A stretch of 41,756 nucleotides of DNA, taken from NCBI GenBank assembly GCA_041648955.1, contig JBAZOD010000001.1, positions 1-41,756 of the forward strand, in the 5' to 3' direction. Of the stretch, positions 17,774 through 25,490 are shown one piece after another. Below the pieces are notes generated by a model. The model saw only the letters and a list, made by a program, of their open reading frames with translations, was not told the DNA's origin and did not search any database. Position 1 is the first letter of the stretch, and every line of letters starts with the position of its first letter. This DNA comes from Patescibacteria group bacterium (lineage in GTDB: Bacteria; Patescibacteriota; Patescibacteriia; Patescibacteriales; JAQTRU01). Made by a program: the position numbers and the translations under genes.

Positions 17774-18208
17774 TTATCTCTCGCTGATTATTGTTGTTAT
17801 ATTATAATTTTTTTCCGTTTTTGATATGGCGTTTACATAATAAACGGTAACTGAAATTTTTTTCATTCCTTCATCTGTCACAACTTGATTCAAGTCGCCA
17901 TCAATATAATTTACCGTCGCTTCTCTCTGATAGTTGTACAAATAATTAGACTGATCATCAGATAGACGATGCTTTATTTCTGCCGTTCCGGTGCTAATTT
18001 CGCCATAACCCAGAGAGATTAATTCTTCAATTTTTTCCTGCGCAAGATAAGAGGCGACAGTTGTATTTTCAGCTTCCTTGTTTATAGCAACACCGAAAGG
18101 AAAAGCTTGAACTAAACCAATGAAAGCAACAGTTAAAATAGAAAAAGCCACCATAACCTCGATTAGAGACAACCCTCTTTTATCTAAAAATAATTTTTTT
18201 ACACTCAT
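17774..18208 (-). CDS. prepilin-type N-terminal cleavage/methylation domain protein (minor pilin)
   Basis: KRG/LSLIEVMVAFSILTVAFIGL. 144 aa. Confidence 0.82.
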   Translation of the reverse strand: MSVKKLFLDKRGLSLIEVMVAFSILTVAFIGLVQAFPFGVAINKEAENTTVASYLAQEKIEELISLGYGEISTGTAEIKHRLSDDQSNYLYNYQREATVNYIDGDLNQVVTDEGMKKISVTVYYVNAISKTEKNYNITTIISER

Positions 18209-18209
18209 A

Positions 18210-18668
18210 TTATTGCTCTAATTGAATATAGCCGGACGGCTTTACATTAATTACGGCGGTCTTGTTATTTGTATTAACTAAAGTTACCTCTCCAGATTCA
18301 CTAACACCGCCGTAAAAATTAAAAATTGCCTGATTGTCAGACAAACCTGCTATTTGCTGAAAATTCACATCTGAATCAAGCGAAACTTCTTTAATAATAG
18401 TATTGGGATCACCTAATTTCAAAATTTGATAGCTGTCATTATTTAAATCAAAAGCAACTGAATGAGCTACCTGTTCTGTCACGGTAAGTTGCTGAGCATA
18501 GCGCAAATCTGTTGTTAAATCGCGAGCGGCGGCGTTAAGTTTTAAATTTGGCTGATATTTTTTTAAAAAAGGGATGGAAACAGACGCCAAAAGAACAATT
18601 ATGCCAGAAACTACCAAAACATCCATTAAAAAATAACCCTGATTTTTTTTAAAAATATTTTTTATCAT
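18210..18668 (-). CDS. GspH/FimT-like minor pilin with atypical prepilin motif
   Basis: ATG 18668 (MIKNIFKKNQG/YFLMDVLVVSGIIVLL) is preferred. The track start at 18758 would overlap pilC by 59 nt. Position +5 is Asp rather than Glu, and AARDLTTDLRYAQ resembles the GspH/FimT domain. Confidence 0.65.
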   Translation of the reverse strand: MIKNIFKKNQGYFLMDVLVVSGIIVLLASVSIPFLKKYQPNLKLNAAARDLTTDLRYAQQLTVTEQVAHSVAFDLNNDSYQILKLGDPNTIIKEVSLDSDVNFQQIAGLSDNQAIFNFYGGVSESGEVTLVNTNNKTAVINVKPSGYIQLEQ

Positions 18669-18699
18669 TGCAAAATTTATTTTAAAAAATAGAGAGGAC

Positions 18700-19893
18700 T
18701 TAAATAGCCGACCCGAGAGAATACATAGGCATAATAATCGCAACGGCCATACCGCCAACTGCGCAACCCAAAATTAAAATAAGCAAAGGTTCAATAATCG
18801 AGGGAAGATTATCCATAATTTTATTAACTTCCCCTTCATAAAATTCGGCTAATTCGCTTAAAATATTATCTAATTCGCCCGTCTGTTCTCCCACGGAAAT
18901 TATTTGATTAACGACTGGAGGAAATAATTTTGGATAAGCAGAAACCACTTCATTTATTTGACTCCCTTTTTTTATTTTTTCTGCCATTTCCTCAACGGCT
19001 TTTCGATAGTGGAGATTTCCTAAAACATTAGCGGTGATTTGAAAAGATTTGATAATCATAATATCAGTTTTCAACAGAGTACTAATAGTTCTAGAAAATG
19101 TCGCTAAATTTACTTTTTTCACAATCGGAGAAATAATCGGCATATGCAAAACTATCGCTTGCCAATAATATTTTCCTTTATAAGTCCGTAAAATTTGAAC
19201 AATAATTAAAATGAGGGCAATTGTGCCGCCGGCTACCAACAACCCATTACCAACCATAAAATCGCTCAAGGAAATAAGAACTTTTGTCGGTAAAGGAAGT
19301 TCTGCATTAAATTCTTTTAGCATACCAATCATTTGCGGCACTATTTTTACCACCATAAACGTCCCTATTCCTCCCATAGCTACAACAATTACTGCCGGAT
19401 AAGTCATAGCGCCCTTAACCTTGGATATCAGTTCATGTTGTTTTTTTAATTGCGTATACAGCTGAATTAAGACATTTTCTAATTTTCCCGAAACCTCTCC
19501 CGCCTCAATCATATTGATAAATAACTCTCCAAATATTTTTTTGTGAGGTCTTAAACTTTCGGTAAAACTGACTCCCTTTTCTACGCTTTCCGATATATTT
19601 AATATAACTTTAGAAAAACGTTTATTCTCTGTCTGAACTGATAAAGTTTTTAAGCCGCCAGCCAAAGATATTCCTGATTTAAGCATTATTCCGAGATATT
19701 GGACAAAAAATAATTTCTCCCGCAGAGGTATTGGAGACAAGCTTAACAGAGAATTATTTAGTTTTTCTAAAAAAGAAATAGACGCTTCTTTATTTTTTAA
19801 ATTTTCTTCTTTTTTTTCTTTTAAAAGCTTATCAGCTCCTTCGTCCTCCCTCTTGTTTGGTTCATTTATTTTTTGAGATAAGTTAACGACCAT
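18700..19893 (-). CDS. pilC: type IV pilus platform protein (PilC/GspF family)
   Basis: 397 aa with two T2SSF-type repeats and three or more TM segments. It lies in pil context. Confidence 0.88.
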   Translation of the reverse strand: MVVNLSQKINEPNKREDEGADKLLKEKKEENLKNKEASISFLEKLNNSLLSLSPIPLREKLFFVQYLGIMLKSGISLAGGLKTLSVQTENKRFSKVILNISESVEKGVSFTESLRPHKKIFGELFINMIEAGEVSGKLENVLIQLYTQLKKQHELISKVKGAMTYPAVIVVAMGGIGTFMVVKIVPQMIGMLKEFNAELPLPTKVLISLSDFMVGNGLLVAGGTIALILIIVQILRTYKGKYYWQAIVLHMPIISPIVKKVNLATFSRTISTLLKTDIMIIKSFQITANVLGNLHYRKAVEEMAEKIKKGSQINEVVSAYPKLFPPVVNQIISVGEQTGELDNILSELAEFYEGEVNKIMDNLPSIIEPLLILILGCAVGGMAVAIIMPMYSLGSAI

Positions 19894-19908
19894 ATTTTTT
19901 ATTTTAAT

Positions 19909-20931
19909 TTAAATTGCTTGTTTTACTCCTTTTAATCCTTTGCTCGCCCGCAAATCTTCCACGCTTTTAACTAAGCCATTTTCCAACGTAACTACCGGCA
20001 TCCAGCCAAGTTCTTCCCTAGCTTTGGTTATGTCAGGAAGACACAAAGGAGTCATAAATAATTTTTCTTTTTCATAAACAATTTTAGAAGACGATCCTGT
20101 AATTTTTATTATTTTTTCTGCTAAATCAGCTAAATTAAAATCTATATCCGAACCGATATTTAATGGGCCGGATAAAGTTGTTTCCATCATTTTTACAACA
20201 GCGTCAATTACGTCGCTCACATAGCAAAAAGATGAGGAAAACCCCTTTTCTCCAAAAATAACCAAATCTTTATTATCAAGAGAATCCCTTATAAAATCCG
20301 GAATCATCTGATCATCGTTAAGTTTCATTCTAGGGCCGTAAGTTCTAAAAATTCTGATTATTTTAGTATCAAGACCGTAAGCACTCTGATAATTTTTTAC
20401 GATCGTTTCCGCGAATCTTTTCCCTTCGTCATATGCGCTTCTCTCAGACAGCATGTCAACTACTCCTAAATCATCTTCTTTTATCATTTTCTTTTCTCCT
20501 CGTCTCGGCCCATAAACCACGGAAGAAGAAAATTGCATAAATTTTGCTTCATATTTTTTTGCTAAATCCAAGGCATTTTTTACCCCATAAGAGTTGGCTA
20601 AAAGAATGTCCACTCGGCTTTTTTCAAAATCCTTCGGAGACATAGGACAGGCCAAATGATAAATTTCTTGGATTCCCTGAAATTGAATTTTAAATTTTTG
20701 CAATTCCGGTAATTTTTCCAAATCAATCGGTTCAGTTATATCATGACGGATAAACATAAAATTTGGATCAGACAAAAGATGATCAATATTTCTCTCGTCT
20801 CCGGAAGAAAAATTATCAATGCAAATTACTTTACAGGTTTTTATTAATTCATCACAAAGATGAGAACCAATAAAACCAGCCCCGCCGGTTACTAAAACGT
20901 TTTTTTTATCAAAAATTGCTCGCTTCGGCAT
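19909..20931 (-). CDS. NAD-dependent sugar-nucleotide epimerase/dehydratase, UDP-glucuronate decarboxylase (UXS)-like
   Basis: 340 aa with VTGGAGFIGSH, IYHLACPMSP, catalytic YDEGKR and RIFRTYGPRM, a pattern typical of UXS-type SDRs. Confidence 0.8.
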   Translation of the reverse strand: MPKRAIFDKKNVLVTGGAGFIGSHLCDELIKTCKVICIDNFSSGDERNIDHLLSDPNFMFIRHDITEPIDLEKLPELQKFKIQFQGIQEIYHLACPMSPKDFEKSRVDILLANSYGVKNALDLAKKYEAKFMQFSSSVVYGPRRGEKKMIKEDDLGVVDMLSERSAYDEGKRFAETIVKNYQSAYGLDTKIIRIFRTYGPRMKLNDDQMIPDFIRDSLDNKDLVIFGEKGFSSSFCYVSDVIDAVVKMMETTLSGPLNIGSDIDFNLADLAEKIIKITGSSSKIVYEKEKLFMTPLCLPDITKAREELGWMPVVTLENGLVKSVEDLRASKGLKGVKQAI

Positions 20932-20942
20932 ATATTTTTAAT

Positions 20943-23027
20943 TTAATTTTTATTGGAAATAGTTCCTACATTTACACCGCCATTAAATTTATCCTCATAG
21001 GCGTAAAAAGACCCCATTAGTTTTCCATTAGCCTCAAAAGCTATAACATGGGGAGCGCCGCCAGGGCCAGCGCCGGTAACAATTTCTGCCAAGCCGTCAC
21101 TGTCAACATCTCCAACAGCTATTTGAACTCCGCCGCGGAAATTTTTATTATAAGCAAAAAATTGACTTTCTAAATTCGCATTATTATCAAAAATTTTTAT
21201 GTGGGGACCGCCGCCAGAGCCAGGAGCCGTAATAATTTCCTGTTTTTTCTGGGCAGCGCCGCCATCAATATCTCCAACAGCCACTCTTACTCCTCCTCGG
21301 AAAGAAGAATCATAGGCAAAAAATTGTCCCTCAACTTTGCCTGCTATATTAAAAATTCTCACTTGCGGACCGCCGCCAGGACCAGCGCCAGTAATTATTT
21401 CATCAATTCCGTCGCCGTTTACATCTCCGGCCGCGACATTAACGCCGCCGCGAAAATTCTGTCCATAAGCGAAAAATTGTCCCAAAAGATTTCCTTTATA
21501 ATTAAACACACGAACATGAGGACCGCCGCCAGGACCAGCGCCAGTAATTATTTCATCAATTCCGTCGCCGTTTACATCGGCGCCGATTATTTCATTGCCT
21601 CCGGAAAAATTTTCTCCATAAGCAAAAAATTCACTTTCCTTATTTCCGTTATAATCAGAAACTGCATTTTTAATTTTTCCAATAGAAAATGGCGCTGTCA
21701 GAACCATGGCGCTGCGATTACCCAATTCAGCTTTAGCTTTCATAACTGCCGCCGCTACATTTAACCTACCTTGTCCAAGCTGACCGGAAAATTGCGGATT
21801 AAGACGGCTAATATCATCTGTTGTTGATAAAAGAGTTTCTATTATTTGATCTCTGTTCATTTTAAGATTAGCCTCTTCCAATAAAGCCAAAGCGCCGCTA
21901 ACCATCGGTGTTGCCATAGAAGTGCCAGACCAATATCCGTCATAATATTTATTGAAAGATTGTTCTGTCGGTTTATACGCGGCGGCGCCGAAGATTCTTA
22001 TTCCCGGAGCGGCAATATCAATACATTTTTTTCCATGGCTTGAAAAAACAGCTTTTTGATCAAGAGTATCGGTTGCGGCTACGCCGATAACCATGTTTTC
22101 TCCATTTTCCCCGTCATGGCAAACTGGATACATGGGCGTTTCATCTAAATTGTAGCCATCGCCCTGATCTTGTTCATTGCCTCCAGCCGCTACAACAATA
22201 ACTCCCGCGTTATAAGCTCTTTTTATTGCTTCGTTTAAAGCCTTGCTGTAGCCAAAACCGACAAAACTAAAATTAATAATATCTGCTCCGTTAGCAATGG
22301 CATAATCAACCGCTCTGACCACTTCACTGGTTCTGCCTTCCCCTTTATCGTCTAAAACTCTCAAAGGCATGATAGAGGATTTCCAAGTGACACCCGCTAC
22401 TCCTTCGCCATTATTACCGACAGCTGCCGCAATTCCAGCCACAATTGTGCCGTGCAAAACTCCCGATTCAGTATAATCTTTTTCGAATTTAGGTGAAGGA
22501 TCTGGAATATTATTAATAAAATCCCAACCGTTAATATCATCAATAAAACCGTTTTTATCATCATCAATGCAATTATCCGGAATTTCATCTGTATTCTTCC
22601 AGATGTTAGCAGCTAAATCAGGATGGGTTATTTGAATACCAGAATCTATAATAGCGATAGTAATAGAAGGGCTTTGGCTAGTAGTTTCCCAAGCCGCTGG
22701 CGCTTTTATTTTTTGCAAATACCATTGATTCCCATAGTAAACATCATTCGGCGTAATAGAAGACTGAAAATAAAGATAGTTGGGTTCAGCATATTCAACT
22801 GCTTGATCGTTATTATATTTTTTCAAAACACTATCAAAATTTTCCCCCGGCAAAATTTTTATAATTTCTATTTTTTCGTTGCCTTTAAATTTAACTATTA
22901 TTCCATCAGCCGGTTCGCCCCGGTAATCTCTATTATTATTAGATTCCGAATAACAAGCAACCAGAGGAAAAAAAATAATTAGGAAACACAAAAAATATAC
23001 AAAAAAAGATGTTAATTTTTTATTCAT
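20943..23027 (-). CDS. lipoprotein subtilisin-like (S8) serine protease with C-terminal FG-GAP/VCBS-type repeats
   Basis: The catalytic triad contexts are IAIIDSGI (D), HGTIVAGIAAA (H) and GTSMATPMVSG (S). From ATG 23027 the N-terminus is MNKKLTSFFVYFLCFLIIFFPLVAC, with the lipobox LVAC. An alternative start lies at 23048. The C-terminus carries five ~51-aa repeats (FFAY..NF.GG..(V/I)A.GD(V/I).GDG..EI.TGAGPGGGP.(V/I)..F). Confidence 0.88.
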   Translation of the reverse strand: MNKKLTSFFVYFLCFLIIFFPLVACYSESNNNRDYRGEPADGIIVKFKGNEKIEIIKILPGENFDSVLKKYNNDQAVEYAEPNYLYFQSSITPNDVYYGNQWYLQKIKAPAAWETTSQSPSITIAIIDSGIQITHPDLAANIWKNTDEIPDNCIDDDKNGFIDDINGWDFINNIPDPSPKFEKDYTESGVLHGTIVAGIAAAVGNNGEGVAGVTWKSSIMPLRVLDDKGEGRTSEVVRAVDYAIANGADIINFSFVGFGYSKALNEAIKRAYNAGVIVVAAGGNEQDQGDGYNLDETPMYPVCHDGENGENMVIGVAATDTLDQKAVFSSHGKKCIDIAAPGIRIFGAAAYKPTEQSFNKYYDGYWSGTSMATPMVSGALALLEEANLKMNRDQIIETLLSTTDDISRLNPQFSGQLGQGRLNVAAAVMKAKAELGNRSAMVLTAPFSIGKIKNAVSDYNGNKESEFFAYGENFSGGNEIIGADVNGDGIDEIITGAGPGGGPHVRVFNYKGNLLGQFFAYGQNFRGGVNVAAGDVNGDGIDEIITGAGPGGGPQVRIFNIAGKVEGQFFAYDSSFRGGVRVAVGDIDGGAAQKKQEIITAPGSGGGPHIKIFDNNANLESQFFAYNKNFRGGVQIAVGDVDSDGLAEIVTGAGPGGAPHVIAFEANGKLMGSFYAYEDKFNGGVNVGTISNKN
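21367..21578. repeat. two perfect 59-bp copies 153 bp apart within the FG-GAP repeats
   Basis: 21367-21425 is identical to 21520-21578 (GGACCGCCGCCAGGACCAGCGCCAGTAATTATTTCATCAATTCCGTCGCCGTTTACATC). The other three repeat units are much more diverged at the DNA level. Confidence 0.9.
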
Positions 23028-23068
23028 AACATCTTTATTATAACACATAATTTTATTAAAAGGAAAAA

Positions 23069-24349
23069 CTATAGGCTATTTATTTCATTAAGAGTTTCGC
23101 GTGCACATTTTTCCCAGCTAAAATCCTTAACTCTCTCTATTCCCCGGTTTATTAGTTTTACTCTTAACTCCTCATTTTTGACCAATTTAACTAAAGAATC
23201 TTCGATGGATTTGATGTTATCCGGGTCAAAAAAATAAACCGCCCCAGCTGCTACTTCTCGCAAAACCGGTATAGAAGAAGCAGCGATTGGCACTTCGCAA
23301 GACATTGCCTGAAGCAAGGGAATCCCAAACCCTTCATATTTTGAAGGAAAGACAAAAACAGAAGCAGCACTATAAATATAAGACAAATCGTTTTCCTCAA
23401 CCCAACCAGTCATTATTATTTCAGCTTCCAAATCAAATTCCCTTATAATATACTTTACCTCGTCGTAGCCGAAGCTAGCGTCCCCCACTAAAACTAATTT
23501 ATGTTTTATATCTCTGTTGTTTTCCCGCATCAAATAAAAAGCTTCGATTAGGGCTGGAGTGTTTTTCTTTTTTTCTAAACGTCCAACATATAACACAAAA
23601 GGTCCCTCTATGCCATATTTTTCTAAAATTTCATTTATCTTTTTTTGATCAGTAGCTTTTTTATACAAATACTTATTATAGCCGTTATAAATAACTTTAA
23701 TTTTCTTCTCATCGGTTTTATACATTTTCAACATCTCTTTTTTGGAAAAATTTGATACTGTAATTATTTTTTTAGCGTTTCTGAGAGCAAATTTAGTTGA
23801 CCATTTTAAATAATCCATGGAATTAGCTCCATATTCTCCTTTAGTAAAAATTTTTACGAAAAAAGAAAATATATTTCTTAAAAATTTTTTTTCTGGCCCC
23901 ATATTATCAACCTGGTATAAAAAACTATTTTTTTCAAAAGCAACATCATGGATAGTATTTATAGTTTTTTTAGGAAAAAACAGAGGCAGACTATGGGCTG
24001 GAACAAAAAGGACGTCCGGCTTCTTAAAAATCATCTCTAAAGATAACCTACCTAAAGTCCAAAAAAATCCAAACGGCCAATCAAGAATTTTTGCTTGAAA
24101 GTTATTAAAAGGACTTTTAATAACTTGCAAACCATTTTTATCTAATTTTATTTCTTCTTTTCCTTTTTCTGAAAAATATTGTTCAGTCGTTAAATCCAGC
24201 AACCCCCCCTTAAGAGGCTTGTCTGTGTACAAAATATATTGATTTTTGTTGTCCAATTTCGCCAACCATCTTATCAAATAATAGGAATACCATTCTGTGC
24301 CGCTCTTATGATCTCTGTTGGCTCTGGAAGCATCAATGCCTATAAGCAT
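23069..24349 (-). CDS. GT4 family glycosyltransferase
   Basis: 426 aa with C-terminal EGFGIPLLQAMSCEVPIAAS. Confidence 0.82.
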   Translation of the reverse strand: MLIGIDASRANRDHKSGTEWYSYYLIRWLAKLDNKNQYILYTDKPLKGGLLDLTTEQYFSEKGKEEIKLDKNGLQVIKSPFNNFQAKILDWPFGFFWTLGRLSLEMIFKKPDVLFVPAHSLPLFFPKKTINTIHDVAFEKNSFLYQVDNMGPEKKFLRNIFSFFVKIFTKGEYGANSMDYLKWSTKFALRNAKKIITVSNFSKKEMLKMYKTDEKKIKVIYNGYNKYLYKKATDQKKINEILEKYGIEGPFVLYVGRLEKKKNTPALIEAFYLMRENNRDIKHKLVLVGDASFGYDEVKYIIREFDLEAEIIMTGWVEENDLSYIYSAASVFVFPSKYEGFGIPLLQAMSCEVPIAASSIPVLREVAAGAVYFFDPDNIKSIEDSLVKLVKNEELRVKLINRGIERVKDFSWEKCARETLNEINSL

Positions 24350-24374
24350 AAATCTAATTTCTAATTTTCAATTC

Positions 24375-24390
24375 CTTAACAATTTTTAAT
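24375..24390 (-). promoter_or_regulatory. 16-nt near-palindromic motif (copy A), ~26 nt upstream of the GT4 start
   Basis: CTTAACAATTTTTAAT on the + strand reads ATTAAAAATTGTTAAG on the coding strand, with core TTAAnAATTnTTAA. An identical 16-mer occurs at 31366-31381. It is preceded on the coding strand by TTGATA. Confidence 0.4.
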
Positions 24391-24473
24391 TATCAAATTT
24401 TAAAATTATTTAAAAATTTAAAATTAAATCAACTTAAAATATAAATATCAAAAGTTTATTCGAAATAATAATA

Positions 24474-25481
24474 TTATTTTGTCGCCAGAATACTACGTTT
24501 ATAGCTATCTAAATTATCCAGCGCTATACCTGTCCCCTTGGCAACACATAAAAGAGGCTCATCAGCCACATAAACGGGAACGCCTGTAGTACGAGATAAT
24601 AATTGGTCGATATTTCTCAGTAAAGAACTTCCCCCGGACATTACCATGCCCTTATCCATGATATCGGCCGATAATTCCGGCGGAGTTTTGTGCAAAACCT
24701 TTTTAGCTGCATTAATAATGGCTTCTAATTCATTTTGGATGGCCTCAGTTACGTCATCGCTGGTGACGTTTATGCTCCTGGGCAAACCGGTTATTATATC
24801 CCGACCGCGAATTTCCATAGTGAGCTTATCTTCCAAAAATAGCGCGGAGCCTATATTTATTTTTATTTCTTCTGCTGTTCTTTCACCAATCGCCAAATTG
24901 TATTTTCGCCTAATATACTCTAAAACAGCTGAATCAAATTTATTTCCGCCAACTCTGACAGAAGTAGAAGAAACGATACCTCCTAGAGAAATAACTGCCA
25001 TTTCAGCTGTACCGCCGCCGATATCAACAATCATATGCCCAGAAGGAGAGCCAATCGGGATATCAGCACCGATAGCTGCGGCAATCGGCTCTTTTATTAT
25101 ATAAGCGGCTTTAGCGCCAGCGGCAATTGTCGCCTCAGATACCGCCCGTCTTTCCGTAGAAGAAATGCCGGCTGGAACCGCCACCATAACCTCGGGACGA
25201 AATAACCGAATTCCTCCTAAGGTTTTGTTAATAAAATATCTGAGCATCGCTTCTGTTGTTCTATAATCGGCGATTACTCCATCTTTTAGAGGTTTTAGAG
25301 CAATTATCGTATCTGGAGTGCGCCCAAGCATATCCTTGGCTTCATTGCCGACTGCCAAAATCTTTCTGTCATCAACAGAAACCGCCACCACGCTCGGCTC
25401 GTTAATAACTATGCCCCGCTTAGGTAGATAAACAAGAGTATAAGTTGTCCCTAGGTCAATACCTATTCGTTTTATAAACAT
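24474..25481 (-). CDS. mreB: rod shape-determining actin homologue MreB
   Basis: 335 aa with GIDLGTTYTLVY, DIGGGTAEMAVISLGG and MSGGSSLLRNID. Confidence 0.93.
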   Translation of the reverse strand: MFIKRIGIDLGTTYTLVYLPKRGIVINEPSVVAVSVDDRKILAVGNEAKDMLGRTPDTIIALKPLKDGVIADYRTTEAMLRYFINKTLGGIRLFRPEVMVAVPAGISSTERRAVSEATIAAGAKAAYIIKEPIAAAIGADIPIGSPSGHMIVDIGGGTAEMAVISLGGIVSSTSVRVGGNKFDSAVLEYIRRKYNLAIGERTAEEIKINIGSALFLEDKLTMEIRGRDIITGLPRSINVTSDDVTEAIQNELEAIINAAKKVLHKTPPELSADIMDKGMVMSGGSSLLRNIDQLLSRTTGVPVYVADEPLLCVAKGTGIALDNLDSYKRSILATK

Positions 25482-25490
25482 AAATCCCTA

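Noticed and set aside
21367-21578. Possibility that the 59-bp repeat pair is a DGR template/variable repeat pair.
   Set aside because: The copies are identical, with no adenine-specific mismatches. Both are in frame within one gene's structural repeats. No reverse transcriptase or accessory gene is present in the window.
21201-21764. 187-aa + strand ORF opposite the FG-GAP repeats.
   Set aside because: It is antisense to a CDS with clear S8 and FG-GAP motifs. The ORF stays open only because the repeated GGxGGxGG coding sequence lacks stops on the other strand.
24646-25104. 152-aa + ORF inside mreB, and similar antisense ORFs inside the transporter, pil and dapA genes (e.g. 325..756, 1063..1482, 30116..30475, 35772..36158, 37229..37600).
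   Set aside because: All lie opposite ORFs with strong family motifs. They have low-complexity Ile/Pro/Ser/Thr-rich translations and no translation signals.
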